24,000 nucleotides of DNA from contig CAJTCS010000006.1 in the NCBI GenBank assembly GCA_910574995.1, positions 81,979 through 105,978 on the forward strand, read 5' to 3'. Below the pieces are notes generated by a model. It made no database searches and was not told where the DNA came from. It was given only the letters and a program-made list of their open reading frames with translations. This stretch comes from Oscillospiraceae bacterium (GTDB lineage Bacteria > Bacillota > Clostridia > Oscillospirales > Acutalibacteraceae). How positions within the stretch are numbered: the stretch's first letter is position 1; the number at the start of each line of letters is the position of its first letter. Shown here in pieces: positions 1-9,224 of the stretch. The position numbers and the translations under genes are program-made.

Positions 1-1
1 T

Positions 2-715
2 ACCGGGAAGGGGACGCCAGTGGACATTCCCCAGGCTGCCCGCTACTTTGAGAAAGCGGCAAGGCTGGGAAATGTAGATGCCCAATACACCCTGGGCAGA
101 CTGCTCCTGCGGGGAGAAGGATTGCAGAAGGATGCACCCGCTGGTGTGTTCTGGCTGGGGCAGGCGGCGAAGAAAGGGCATTTACTAGCACCATATCTGC
201 TGGGCAAAACCCTGTTACTGGGCGCTGACGTGCCGCGTGACGCAGACAGGGCGTTAATACTGTTAGAAAAGGCCATTGAGCAGGGCCATATCCGTGCGGC
301 AGCTTTTCTTGGCAAGGCGTATATGCAGGGGGAACTGCTGCCGCGTGATGTCGAAAAAGGGCTGACCCTGTTGGAGTCCGCAGCCCAGGCCGGGGACGCT
401 AACGCCGAATATCAGTTGGGAAAACTGTTCCTGTATGGTAAGGTGGTGGCACAGGATCAGGCGCGGGCTATCGCCTATCTGACATCGGCGGCAGAGCATG
501 GTAATGCCTACGCGGCGCAGCTTTTGCAGAGGTTCTATGAGAAGAATAATTGGGCTGTGACTGCCAGCGTCATGTCCCTTTTACAGCAGGCAGCACGCAT
601 TTTTGAAGGTAAGCTGCAGGAATACTACACCCCGCAGATGGGCCGGACTGACCGCAAACTGCTCAGTAAGATTGCGGAAAAGAAGCTGGCCCAGGGGCAG
701 AAATTGGGAGGGTAA
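2..715 (+). CDS. Sel1-like (SLR/TPR-family) repeat protein, 5' end truncated by window edge
   Basis: The frame is open from nt 2 (TGKGTPVDIPQAARYFEKAA...), so the GTG at 20 is probably internal. A ~36-aa Sel1 signature recurs, e.g. AARYFEKAARLGNVDAQYTLGRLLLRGEGLQKD, GVFWLGQAAKKGHLLAPYLLGKTLLLGADVPRD, AIAYLTSAAEHGNAYAAQLL. Stop TAA at 713-715. Confidence 0.85.
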   Translation, partial: TGKGTPVDIPQAARYFEKAARLGNVDAQYTLGRLLLRGEGLQKDAPAGVFWLGQAAKKGHLLAPYLLGKTLLLGADVPRDADRALILLEKAIEQGHIRAAAFLGKAYMQGELLPRDVEKGLTLLESAAQAGDANAEYQLGKLFLYGKVVAQDQARAIAYLTSAAEHGNAYAAQLLQRFYEKNNWAVTASVMSLLQQAARIFEGKLQEYYTPQMGRTDRKLLSKIAEKKLAQGQKLGG

Positions 716-728
716 ATGCCATCATTCC

Positions 729-1187
729 TCACCGTCTCTTTTTGCGTTTCTTCCATACGCCAGCCAGGATATCTTTCAGCACCAGCATGGAATCCAATTC
801 ATTATAACCATATTGTTTTTCTAAATTTTCCATCAGCCCACACAGTGCCGCTGCATAGGGCCGCACATCGACCTCGCCCTGGTAGGTGGCCAGGATGGGG
901 TATTTCTTGCTCCACGCCTTTGTCCAATCGACTTTTTCGGTGACAGAATCAGGTACCCGGTCAATGGCCTCTTGGATATCTATGAGATCAAGGTCAAAAT
1001 CAACCAGTTCATCTAATGTCATCCCATACAGGCTTGCCAGCCTTTTAGACTGGCGTATATCGGGCAGCGTTTCATCTAACTCCCACTTAGAAATGGTCTG
1101 CCGGCTCACACCTAATTTTTCCGCAACTTCTTCCTGGGACAGCCCGCGTTTTTTCCGGGCCTGAAATAAGCTGTTACCTAAATTCAT
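729..1187 (-). CDS. XRE (Cro/C1) family helix-turn-helix transcriptional regulator
   Basis: The N-terminus LSQEEVAEKLGVSRQTISKWELDETLPDIRQSKRLASLYGMTLDELV is a classic HTH_3 pattern. A purine-rich RBS (AAAGGGGATAAGAGG) sits directly upstream of the ATG at 1187. Confidence 0.85.
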   Translation of the reverse strand: MNLGNSLFQARKKRGLSQEEVAEKLGVSRQTISKWELDETLPDIRQSKRLASLYGMTLDELVDFDLDLIDIQEAIDRVPDSVTEKVDWTKAWSKKYPILATYQGEVDVRPYAAALCGLMENLEKQYGYNELDSMLVLKDILAGVWKKRKKRR

Positions 1188-1294
1188 CCTCTTATCCCCT
1201 TTGCTTTTTCTTCATTATAAGCGATGGAAGGATAAAAATCCACCAGCGGATGTTGGCAATTCCGCCCTTACATTTAACATACGGAGGGATCATC

Positions 1295-2239
1295 ATGACC
1301 GCAAAAGACCGCTATCAGGCAGGTCGTACCGATCTGGTGTACTGGCTGCGTTCCCATGGTGAGGCGCTGAAGAAATCAGGCAGCGAGTGGGAATGGAAAT
1401 ACCATGACGAGCGCGTTACCATCCGGGGGCACCTCTGGTTCGACCAGTACACCCAGGTGGGCGGCGATGCCGTGAAGTTTTTGCAATACTTTTATGGATA
1501 CTCCGAGGAAGATGCTGTTGCCTCCCATCTGGGCTGTGCCGTCAGCGAACTGGCAAAGGGCCAGCCCCACAGTTATACCAAAAGTATAACCGCCCCGCCG
1601 CGGGAAACTAAAATCGAATTGCAGCCGCCTGCCGCAAACAAGAGTATGCGGCGGGTTTTTGCTTACCTGTGCCAGACCAGAGGCATTTCTTCGGAAGTGG
1701 TATCTGCTTTCGCCCACGCCCATCTGCTCTATGAGAGTGCCGATAAGCACAACGCCGTATTCGTGGGCCGGGACGGGCAGGGAAAACCCCGGCACATCCA
1801 TATGCGGGGGACGCTGACAGGCTCCGGGTTCCGGCAGACGCTGGCGGGGAGTGAGAAAGCCTACAGTTTCAATTATGCGGGGACGGGGCGGCTACTTTAT
1901 GTGTTTGAAGCGCCCATAGACCTTCTGTCTTATATCTCGCTGCACCCAGAGGGCTGGCAGGAGAATTCCTATGTGGCGCTGTGCGGTGTGGGGATTTCCC
2001 CCATCGAGCGGCTTCTGGATGAGGTGACGCAGTTGGAGGAAGTCACCCTGTGCCTGGACAACGACCAAGCCGGGCATGACGCGGCGGTGAGGATCGCCAA
2101 GCAATTGCTGGATGGGTGGGAGGTAACAGTCACGGCCCACTTCCCGGGTTATAAGGACTGGAACGAAGAACTGCAGGCCAGCAGAGGGATGATACAGGAA
2201 GAAGAAAATGGCATACAGATGGCCGGGCTGGCCATGTAA
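1295..2239 (+). CDS. DUF3991-like / Toprim domain protein (conjugative-element DNA-processing, primase-like)
   Basis: GGAGGG lies 6 nt upstream of ATG 1295; the longer ORF start at 1250 has no RBS. C-terminal Toprim motifs are LYVFEAPIDLLSY (acidic E) and LCLDNDQAGHDAA (DxD). The gene sits beside the coupling protein, as in Firmicute ICEs. Confidence 0.75.
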   Translation: MTAKDRYQAGRTDLVYWLRSHGEALKKSGSEWEWKYHDERVTIRGHLWFDQYTQVGGDAVKFLQYFYGYSEEDAVASHLGCAVSELAKGQPHSYTKSITAPPRETKIELQPPAANKSMRRVFAYLCQTRGISSEVVSAFAHAHLLYESADKHNAVFVGRDGQGKPRHIHMRGTLTGSGFRQTLAGSEKAYSFNYAGTGRLLYVFEAPIDLLSYISLHPEGWQENSYVALCGVGISPIERLLDEVTQLEEVTLCLDNDQAGHDAAVRIAKQLLDGWEVTVTAHFPGYKDWNEELQASRGMIQEEENGIQMAGLAM

Positions 2240-2243
2240 AATT

Positions 2244-2972
2244 TCAGTGACCGGAGGGTTTGCGGTTTAGGGCTTCGTGCTCGGAACCCAGGTCGGCGCG
2301 GATGAGTTTGACAAGCACAATACCCATGGGAACCAGGGTGATCCAGATGGCCTTTTCCGCCATGACAGCGCAGAGGGAAGTCAGCAGGGCTGCGCCCACA
2401 AAGAAGCAGGCTGCCATCCCCAGATGAATAAGCCCACGGCGAAGGGCTGTGCTGTCTTTTTTGCGCAGCGCCTTGGCAAAGCCCACCCCCACCTGCCGGA
2501 TATGGTTGGTACAGAAAGTGGTGGCCATGGGGATGCCTTCGGCCTGACGGAAGGTGTTGTACTGCATGGACGCTAGAAAATTTATAATGACCTGGACGAT
2601 CTGATGGGGCGCAGTCAGCGGGACAAAGCCCAGAAGGAACAGCACCGCTGTCTCTACTATTATAAGATATGTATCCCAGCGGAGGAAGCCCAGCTTTTTA
2701 ACCGGCGACGGCAGGATCTCCGATACAAACGCCCCCAGCAGGTAAGCGGCAAAAGGGATCAGATAGTACAGCCCGCCTGCCCAATCGCCTTTGCCAAAGG
2801 ACATGCCCATGACGAGGATATTGGCCGTCTGGGCGTTGCAGAACACCCCGCCCCGCAGGAGGTAGGTGTAGGCCCCCATCATCCCGGCGCTGGCCATGAG
2901 CAGGGCGTAAACCATCTTTTGTTCGCAGACAAGATACCCGTTCGGCTTTTGATTTTTTCCCAAATGGAACAC
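2244..2972 (-). CDS. YoaK/DUF1275 family integral membrane protein
   Basis: ALLMASAGMMGAYTYLLRGGVFCNAQTANILVMGMSFGKGDW matches the DUF1275 N-terminal signature (GG..DAYTY..RGGVFAN.QTGN). The protein has multiple hydrophobic helices. The start is uncertain: the ATG at 3068 would overlap the divergent T4CP gene, GTG 2972 has AAAGGA upstream, and ATG 2915 is also possible. Confidence 0.7.
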   Translation of the reverse strand: MFHLGKNQKPNGYLVCEQKMVYALLMASAGMMGAYTYLLRGGVFCNAQTANILVMGMSFGKGDWAGGLYYLIPFAAYLLGAFVSEILPSPVKKLGFLRWDTYLIIVETAVLFLLGFVPLTAPHQIVQVIINFLASMQYNTFRQAEGIPMATTFCTNHIRQVGVGFAKALRKKDSTALRRGLIHLGMAACFFVGAALLTSLCAVMAEKAIWITLVPMGIVLVKLIRADLGSEHEALNRKPSGH

Positions 2973-3046
2973 GCCCCGTCCTTTGATTTCCTTTCCATTA
3001 TAAAAGGTTTTGAAAAGAAAGACAAGCAGAGAAAGGTGTGGATACA

Positions 3047-4813
3047 ATGCCGCAAAATGTAGGAACATTGATTTTAACCGCCGGGCTTATGTTCGGAATC
3101 CTGGCCGGGATCACTGCTCTGGCCAACCACTACTCGCTGAACATTAAAGCAAAAACCGTGGGCAACGGCCAACACGGCACGGCCCGATGGGCCACCCAGA
3201 GTGAGATTGCCCGCACTTATGTCAAGGTAGATTTCACCCCGCAGCTCTGGCGAAAGGGGAAGAATCTGCCCACAGAGCAGGGCATCGTGGTGGGGTGCAA
3301 GTCGGGCAAAACAGGCACAACGGCGCTGGTGGATACGGGCGACGTCCACGCTGTTATGATTGGCGCCGCAGGCGTGGGAAAGACTGCCTTTTGGCTGTAC
3401 CCATGCATTGAATATGCCCTGGCGACAGGGATATCCTTTCTAAATAGCGACACCAAGGGGGACGTTTTTCGGAATTACGCTGGCATTGCCAAGGAGAAAT
3501 ATGGGTACCAGGTTTCCGTCCTGGACTTGCGAAACCCCACCAGAAGCGATGGCTTCAACCTGCTGCACTTAGTGAATAAATACACAGACTTATTCAAAGA
3601 AACAAAAACCCTGGCCCATAAAGCCAAGGCGGAAAAATATGCCAAAATCATTGCCAAGACCATCATCATGGCCGGGGAGGGGAATGCGAATTTCGGGCAG
3701 AATCAGTTTTTTTACGACGCGGCAGAAGGGCTGCTCACCTCTGTGATCCTGTTGTCCGCTGAGTTCTGCAGGCCGGAAGAAAGGCACATTGTCTCCATCT
3801 TCAAGCTGATCCAGGAACTGCTGGCCCCCAGCAAGGTCAAAGGAAAAACACTGTTCCACATCCTCATGGACGCCCTGCCGCCAGAGCACAAAGCCAGGTG
3901 GTTTGCGGGGGCTGCGCTGTCGACCGGCGAGCAGTCCATGTCATCCGTTATGTCAACCGCCCTCTCAAAGCTAAACGCGTTTTTAGACTCCGAATTGGAG
4001 CAGCTTCTGTGCTTTGGGACAGCTATAGACGCGGAAATTTTCTGTAAGGAGAAGTCCGCCATCTTCCTGGTCATGCCAGAGGAAGATCCTAATAAATTCT
4101 TCATGGTATCCCTGGTGATCCAACAATTGTACCGGGAGATCCTCTCCGTGGCGGATGAGAACGGAGGGAAATTGCATAACAGAACTATATTTTTCGCAGA
4201 CGAGTTTGGCACTTTGCCTAAAATTGAATCCGCAGAAATGATGTTTTCTGCCTCCCGCTCCCGCCGCCTGAGCATCGTGCCTATCATCCAATCCCTGGCC
4301 CAGCTTGAAAAAAATTACGGCAAGGAGGGCGCGGAAATTATCGTAGATAATACACAGTTAACAATTTTTGGAGGCTTTGCCCCCAACAGCGAGACAGCCC
4401 AGGCCATGAGCAAATCCCTGGGGAGCCGCACTGTGCTGTCTGGTTCTGTAAATCGCGGGAAGAACGACCCCAGCCAGTCCCTGCAGATGATGGAGCGTCC
4501 TCTCATGACACCAGACGAGCTGAAGTCCATGCCCAAGGGCGAGTTTATCGTCATGAAAACGGGAGCCTATCCCATGAAGGTCAAACTAAAATTGTTCTTC
4601 AAGTGGGGCATCACCTTCGGGGAGCCGTACCAGGTGCCGGAGCATGGGGATCGGCAGGTGCGGTATGCCAGCCGGGAGAAGCTGATGCAGGCCATCCGGG
4701 GGAAATATCCGCCGCCCAAACGGGAAACTGCGGCAGAGCAGGAACCGCCAGCGCAGGCGAAGATAAAGCTGGAATGGGACGATGGGAAGGCGGGAGATCA
4801 TGGGAAAGCTTGA
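3047..4813 (+). CDS. Type IV secretion coupling protein (VirD4/TraG-like T4CP ATPase)
   Basis: An N-terminal TM segment (LILTAGLMFGILAGITALA) is followed by GNGQHGTARWATQSEI, Walker A GAAGVGKT, a Walker-B-like IFFADEFGTLPKI, and the C-terminal motif ERPLMTPDELKSMPKGEFIV typical of Firmicute T4CPs. RBS GAAAGGTG lies 8 nt before ATG 3047. Confidence 0.9.
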   Translation: MPQNVGTLILTAGLMFGILAGITALANHYSLNIKAKTVGNGQHGTARWATQSEIARTYVKVDFTPQLWRKGKNLPTEQGIVVGCKSGKTGTTALVDTGDVHAVMIGAAGVGKTAFWLYPCIEYALATGISFLNSDTKGDVFRNYAGIAKEKYGYQVSVLDLRNPTRSDGFNLLHLVNKYTDLFKETKTLAHKAKAEKYAKIIAKTIIMAGEGNANFGQNQFFYDAAEGLLTSVILLSAEFCRPEERHIVSIFKLIQELLAPSKVKGKTLFHILMDALPPEHKARWFAGAALSTGEQSMSSVMSTALSKLNAFLDSELEQLLCFGTAIDAEIFCKEKSAIFLVMPEEDPNKFFMVSLVIQQLYREILSVADENGGKLHNRTIFFADEFGTLPKIESAEMMFSASRSRRLSIVPIIQSLAQLEKNYGKEGAEIIVDNTQLTIFGGFAPNSETAQAMSKSLGSRTVLSGSVNRGKNDPSQSLQMMERPLMTPDELKSMPKGEFIVMKTGAYPMKVKLKLFFKWGITFGEPYQVPEHGDRQVRYASREKLMQAIRGKYPPPKRETAAEQEPPAQAKIKLEWDDGKAGDHGKA

Positions 4814-5072
4814 ATACTTGTACAGAAGCGGGCTACCCAGCCGAGCTATTACCGTTTACCTTTATTTGGCGGACCGGGCCGGGCAGGAGGATTCCTGTTT
4901 TCCCTCTGTGCCGACAATAGCCCGCCACACGGGCCTCTCGGAGAGGACGGTGCAGCGGGCTATCCTGGATTTGAAAAAGGGCGGCTTCCTTCACGTCAGG
5001 GGGCGGCAGCGGAGGAACGGTGCGGATTCCTCTAATCTGTATACCTTAACAAATGTGGAAACAGAATGGTGA
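4800..5072 (+). CDS. Small winged-helix/HTH DNA-binding protein, translationally coupled to the T4CP gene
   Basis: ATG 4800 overlaps the T4CP stop at 4811-4813, with GGCGGGAG upstream. YLYLADRAGQEDSCFPSVPTIARHTGLSERTVQRAILDLKKGGFL is a typical wHTH found next to T4CP genes in Clostridial ICEs. Confidence 0.7.
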   Translation: MGKLEYLYRSGLPSRAITVYLYLADRAGQEDSCFPSVPTIARHTGLSERTVQRAILDLKKGGFLHVRGRQRRNGADSSNLYTLTNVETEW

Positions 5073-5268
5073 CATTTTCAAAAACCACTCACAAGGGGCT
5101 ACTCTCGCCATTCCCTGTCACCGGGATGGTGTCATGGTGACGGGGGAATGTGAACCTCCCAGGTTAATATGAGCAGAGAAGAAAAAATCCTACATGGTGG
5201 GATAAGTTTTCAACATTGGGCGGTGGGCGCTTTTTTCTTTTCTGCTTTAAGTGGATAAACAGAAGCTC

Positions 5269-5817
5269 TCACTCCTGCACTGCTTGTATCATAGATTCCA
5301 ACAGATTCAGTACAAACCTCTGCTTTTCAGGCGGCAGTGCGGCAATCTGGCTCTGGAGCATACTGGCTTTTTGTGGTGCGGCGAAATCCAAATTGTCCAT
5401 AAAGGCTGTGTCGGCAGACATGCCGAGGGCGTTTAATATCTTTAGGCACGTCTCCAGCTTTGGTATCTTCCCGCCATTTTCAATCAGCCCTAAATAGGCA
5501 GAGGTCACGCCTACACGTTTTGCAAGTGCTGGGCGCTCCATGCCCTGCGCTTCCCGAAACTGCCTGACCCGCTGGCCAAATCTTTTAAGCTGCAAAGAGT
5601 CTTTCTGTGCCGGGACTGTTTCATAGGAAGTACGACCCACAAGGAAATCAATCGTCACCCCAAAGAAATCAGCAAGCAGGGCAAGGGTTTCGATATCCGG
5701 TTCCGTCGATTCCTGTTCATAGGAGAAAACCCGCCTTGCAGTCAGCCCGGTTAAGGACGCCAGTTTTTCCTGGGAAAGCTTCTGGCTTTCCCGCAGCATC
5801 CGCAAATTTTTCACCAT
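5269..5817 (-). CDS. XRE family regulator with two tandem HTH domains
   Basis: There are two Cro/C1-like units: LSQEKLASLTGLTARRVFSYEQESTEPDIETLALLADFFGVTIDFLVG and RPALAKRVGVTSAYLGLIENGGKIPKLETCLKILNALGMS. Confidence 0.8.
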   Translation of the reverse strand: MVKNLRMLRESQKLSQEKLASLTGLTARRVFSYEQESTEPDIETLALLADFFGVTIDFLVGRTSYETVPAQKDSLQLKRFGQRVRQFREAQGMERPALAKRVGVTSAYLGLIENGGKIPKLETCLKILNALGMSADTAFMDNLDFAAPQKASMLQSQIAALPPEKQRFVLNLLESMIQAVQE

Positions 5818-5955
5818 AGAATATCCGCCATCCCGTCACCAGAATCTTACTATTTCAGTATAGCAGTTGGAGAAGAAAAGAAAAACAACAAAATTTGTGT
5901 AAAAAATGCTATTGACACTACTCTATTAGTGGTTTATTATTATAACCATAGAGCC

Positions 5956-6267
5956 TTATTTTTCCTCCTGCCGGATTTCTCGAAGCAAGGCAAGAATCGC
6001 CTCCCTGGCTCTGGAATTACGCAGGCAGGAAAGTTCTGATACCATCCTATCTCCAGCCTTATCCCATGGCTCCCGGACATTCGTGCGTCCTATGAGATAA
6101 TCAACAGAGACATCAAAATAATCCGCAATCCGTATCAGTGTAGAGAACTTAGGTTCATTGATTCCTGCTTCGTATTGCTGGTAGGTAGACTGCGGAATGC
6201 CTAATTCGCCCGCCATCTCAAGCTGGCTGAAGCCTTTTTCATGTCTGAGATGTTTGAGGTTTTGCAC
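5956..6267 (-). CDS. XRE family HTH transcriptional regulator
   Basis: FSQLEMAGELGIPQSTYQQYEAGINEPKFSTLIRIADYFDVSVDYLIGR. A strong RBS (AGGAGGGG) lies upstream of ATG 6267. Confidence 0.85.
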   Translation of the reverse strand: MQNLKHLRHEKGFSQLEMAGELGIPQSTYQQYEAGINEPKFSTLIRIADYFDVSVDYLIGRTNVREPWDKAGDRMVSELSCLRNSRAREAILALLREIRQEEK

Positions 6268-6405
6268 ATTTACCCCTCCTGTACGATGCTATCTATACGA
6301 TATGTATTGTACAGATATTTTAAGCGGTTTTCAAACTGAAATAAAGGATATAACCTTATTTAAGGATATTGACAAAAATAATGCAGAGAGGGGATGTGGT
6401 AGGGC

Positions 6406-6933
6406 ATGACGATGGATGAGATTTGTTGTTATGAATTGGCCTATCAGATTCGCCTTTACCTTGATATATGCAGAATAAGTGAATCGCAATTTGCCGAAGC
6501 TGTCTCCATCCCTTGCAAAGATATCACCCATTTTTTGATACATCAACAACCGGATCTGTCTATAGCTCAGATTTCCCAAATCTGCGATATGTTACACATT
6601 TCTTTGGATTCATTGGTTAGAGGGCCTGTTGAAGAAAGAAATTTCAGCATTCTTTTAAAGAAATGCGCTTTGGTGGGAAAGTGGAAAGGTACAGTTTTTT
6701 ATGATGCCTGCCTTTTCTTTCTGAAACGGTGGCAGAGAAAAAACATCTCTTCTGCCTGTTTGGATCGCTATACACAGTGGTTCATCTATTTCTGCTCAAC
6801 AGATGAAACCTCCGTATATAGCAATGAGTGTGCCTTCCGGGCTGTCCCATCCACTGTCTGCTTCACCAGAAAAATTTCAGAAAAGAAAGCGGAAAAGCTA
6901 AAACAGATCATAGAGGATTCCAAGAAAAAATGA
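6406..6933 (+). CDS. Hypothetical protein with degenerate XRE-like HTH N-terminus; its stop overlaps the start of the M56 gene
   Basis: ISESQFAEAVSIPCKDITHFLIHQQPDLSIAQISQICDMLHISLDSLV resembles an HTH_3 domain. The gene is AT-rich relative to its neighbours. Its TGA at 6931-6933 overlaps ATG 6930 of the next gene (ATGA). Confidence 0.5.
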   Translation: MTMDEICCYELAYQIRLYLDICRISESQFAEAVSIPCKDITHFLIHQQPDLSIAQISQICDMLHISLDSLVRGPVEERNFSILLKKCALVGKWKGTVFYDACLFFLKRWQRKNISSACLDRYTQWFIYFCSTDETSVYSNECAFRAVPSTVCFTRKISEKKAEKLKQIIEDSKKK

Positions 6934-8021
6934 CCGTCACGATCCATTCCATCCTTAACAGCGCGCTGTGGGGCCTGTTGCTTTCCTTGGCCTTGTCGCT
7001 GTTGAGCCGAAACAAACACTTCCTCTGCCGGTTGGGGACGGCGCCTCTCACCATTCTGGCTATCGTCTGCCTGGTTCGCTGCTGTATACCTGTGGAGTTC
7101 CACGCTACCCAGGAAGTGGGGACAGCGGCACTCAATCGTCTGCACCAGCTTATCGGCGGGGCGGCGGGCTCGCTTCTCCCGGAACCATGGCTTTTTAGGC
7201 TATGGTCTGTTGGAGCCATCGCGGGGGCTGTTCTGTGGGTGCCCGGGTACACATACAGGCTTCTTGCAGCCCACAAGCTGCCAGGCTCACAAGATAACCG
7301 CATAGAAAAATTCCGTTTTCAGCACAATATCCCCAGCCTGCGTGTATCCATATCAACAAATGTATCTACTCCCTGTGTTATAGGGATTTGGCGGGGGACT
7401 ATCCTGCTCCCCGACACTACCTACACGGCAAAACAGCTAGAATTGATTTTACAGCACGAATACTCCCATATCCGGCACCATGACGGCCTGCGGGATCTCC
7501 TGCTCCGGGTGCTCTGCACCATCTTCTGGTGGAATCCGGGTGTCCACATCTGCCGGGTTGTTATCACGCGTCTCTGCGACCACCGCTGTGACAGGGAGGT
7601 TTTGGACGTAGCCCGCCCCAGCGCCAAACGCTATTATTGCAGGACACTCCTGGCTTTCGCCAGCAGCCGGCCCGGCTCCTCCGGACAGCTTGCCGCGTCC
7701 TCCTTGAAAAGCCGGTTTTATTTGATTTTATACAGCACAGGCAAACAAAGAAGGGCCTGGGCGGCTCTGGTTATTCTGTTGGTTGTCACACTGTGGCTGC
7801 TCAGTTACCTGGTAATTTTCCAGCCCGCCTATCAGCCTGAAAGCCTCGACTATACAGATTTCGCACTTGAAAGCGGCACCATTACCCTGCGCAATGACGG
7901 GCGTTATGTCCTCGAAGCCGAACAGGGGGAAGTGCAGCTTACTCGTGAAACCGCACAAGCCATGCTTGCGGACGGGTTCCGCATGGAAATAAATCAAATG
8001 ATGGAGGTGCCATATCAATGA
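6930..8021 (+). CDS. M56 family (BlaR1/MecR1-like) membrane metalloprotease / signal transducer
   Basis: The HExxH zinc motif sits in LQHEYSHIRHHDGL, followed by WWNP, as in peptidase M56. There are N-terminal TM helices and a late TM (AWAALVILLVVTLWLLSYLVIF) before a short C-terminal ectodomain. The start is set at ATG 6930, because the ORF-track start at 6828 lies inside the previous gene. Confidence 0.8.
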   Translation: MTVTIHSILNSALWGLLLSLALSLLSRNKHFLCRLGTAPLTILAIVCLVRCCIPVEFHATQEVGTAALNRLHQLIGGAAGSLLPEPWLFRLWSVGAIAGAVLWVPGYTYRLLAAHKLPGSQDNRIEKFRFQHNIPSLRVSISTNVSTPCVIGIWRGTILLPDTTYTAKQLELILQHEYSHIRHHDGLRDLLLRVLCTIFWWNPGVHICRVVITRLCDHRCDREVLDVARPSAKRYYCRTLLAFASSRPGSSGQLAASSLKSRFYLILYSTGKQRRAWAALVILLVVTLWLLSYLVIFQPAYQPESLDYTDFALESGTITLRNDGRYVLEAEQGEVQLTRETAQAMLADGFRMEINQMMEVPYQ

Positions 8022-8281
8022 AAAATTGGAGGAAAGTGGTTGCCGGTACTTGCGCCAGCCTTTTGATGGCTGCCGCCTTATGTACGGCAGCCCAGGCCGC
8101 AGATACGCCGCAGCAGCGCACGGAAACTATCCGGGTGGCCGACAGCGGTATCCAGCCCTATGCTGACGTGATCGTAACCAAATACCGCATGTATGAGGGG
8201 AAGCTTCAAAAGCGCCGCTGGAATGAGACGCGGGGCTATTGGGTCGATCCGTATTGGATCACCATTGGGACTACATCCTGA
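8018..8281 (+). CDS. Small secreted protein (signal peptide), translationally coupled to the M56 gene
   Basis: ATG 8018 overlaps the M56 stop (ATGA). Signal peptide MKNWRKVVAGTCASLLMAAALCTAAQA/AD. A terminator follows. Confidence 0.6.
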   Translation: MKNWRKVVAGTCASLLMAAALCTAAQAADTPQQRTETIRVADSGIQPYADVIVTKYRMYEGKLQKRRWNETRGYWVDPYWITIGTTS

Positions 8282-8304
8282 AAAGACTGCTCAGGATATG
8301 GAAA

Positions 8305-8347
8305 GGCGGCTTTGCATTTGGGAAGCCCAGAGCAAAGCCGCTTTTTT
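8305..8347 (+). terminator. Rho-independent terminator of the M56 operon
   Basis: GGCGGCTTTGC (8305-8315) pairs with GCAAAGCCGC (8332-8341), followed by TTTTTT (8342-8347). Confidence 0.8.
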
Positions 8348-8418
8348 ATAAGTTAACCAGTGAAAATATTTGACCATAAGTTTCTCAAAAAATCACCACA
8401 ACGATGGAGGGACAGAGA

Positions 8419-8793
8419 ATGAAGAACCTGTATTCCGAGGGTTTTCAGGACAGTTTACAGAAAACCCTCCGCAACGTCAGGCTGGCCTGCGGTTTCAGCC
8501 AGAATGAGGTTGCGGAAGTATTAAAGGTAAGCCGCTCTACTTACACATACTATGAAAATGGCAAGATCATCCCAGATGTGCAGGCCCTCCGCATATTGGC
8601 AGAATTTTACGGCATCTCCGCCGTTGTGTTCATGTTCCCGGAAAAATATGCCGGCATGGACGTGTGCCGCCTTAAAAGCAAGATACAGAAACACCCTTTG
8701 CCAGATCCCCAGCGGTTCGGGGAGCTTACCCCGGAAGAAAAAAGCGTGGTAAAGGCATACCGGATAATGAAAGAGAGCACAGCCCATGGGTAA
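8419..8793 (+). CDS. XRE family HTH transcriptional regulator
   Basis: GGAGGG lies 7 nt before ATG 8419. FSQNEVAEVLKVSRSTYTYYENGKIIPDVQALRILAEFYGIS. Confidence 0.8.
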   Translation: MKNLYSEGFQDSLQKTLRNVRLACGFSQNEVAEVLKVSRSTYTYYENGKIIPDVQALRILAEFYGISAVVFMFPEKYAGMDVCRLKSKIQKHPLPDPQRFGELTPEEKSVVKAYRIMKESTAHG

Positions 8794-9184
8794 ATCAAAC
8801 TTGGAAAATATTCAAATAACTGTCATGAAAAAGACGGCAAGGGATTTGCGTAAGATCGCAAAGGAAACAGGGCTTACTATGGGTGAAGCAGTAGACCGGC
8901 TGACAGAAAGGATGACTACTACAGACCCGGAAATTGCCAAAATTCTCATACAGGAGGACTTGGTCATCATACCTGTAAAATTGAGCCGGGAACAGCGCGA
9001 GGATGTGTTTAAAGAGATTGCAAAGAGCCTCTTAATGACGTTTGACCCCGACACCATGGTCGATCTGGTAGAGCAGGCAAAGGTAGAACAGCAAGAGCAA
9101 TTGGATGAACTGTCGTCCATGTCCGATGGAGATCTTTTCCAAATGCTAGATAGCTATCGTGAGATGACAGAGTTCGACAACTGA
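8786..9184 (+). CDS. Hypothetical acidic protein, possible ribbon-helix-helix-like N-terminus
   Basis: ATG 8786 overlaps the stop of the XRE gene (ATGGGTAA). TARDLRKIAKETGLTMGEAVDRLTERM is RHH-like and the C-terminal half is strongly acidic. ATG 8825 is an alternative start. Confidence 0.5.
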   Translation: MGKSNLENIQITVMKKTARDLRKIAKETGLTMGEAVDRLTERMTTTDPEIAKILIQEDLVIIPVKLSREQREDVFKEIAKSLLMTFDPDTMVDLVEQAKVEQQEQLDELSSMSDGDLFQMLDSYREMTEFDN

Positions 9185-9224
9185 TCACGCATCCCATACA
9201 CAATCCGTCAGAAAGGGGGCCACT

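Noticed and set aside
2915-3068. Head-to-head overlap of the YoaK-like and T4CP ORFs as drawn in the ORF track
   Set aside because: The overlap is most likely an artefact of longest-ORF calling. Internal starts (GTG 2972 or ATG 2915 for YoaK, ATG 3047 for the T4CP) remove it and fit family N-termini and RBS positions better.
3074-4801. Antisense and off-frame ORFs inside the T4CP gene, e.g. 3712-4287 (-, 191 aa), 3983-4291 (-), 4603-4920 (+)
   Set aside because: They have no motifs and no RBS, and are fully contained in a confidently assigned coding frame.
5109-5150. Imperfect hairpin CATTCCCTGTCACC...GGTGACGGGGGAATG after the wHTH gene, considered as oriT or terminator
   Set aside because: It has no U tract, no adjacent relaxase gene and a bulged stem. 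That is insufficient to call either function from sequence alone.
5914-5948. Plus-strand promoter-like TTGACA-17-TATTAT in the 5818-5955 intergenic region
   Set aside because: It points into the antisense of the XRE gene at 5956-6267 with no plus-strand ORF to serve. In an AT-rich spacer such matches arise by chance. It is kept only as a possible antisense or regulatory signal and not reported as a feature.
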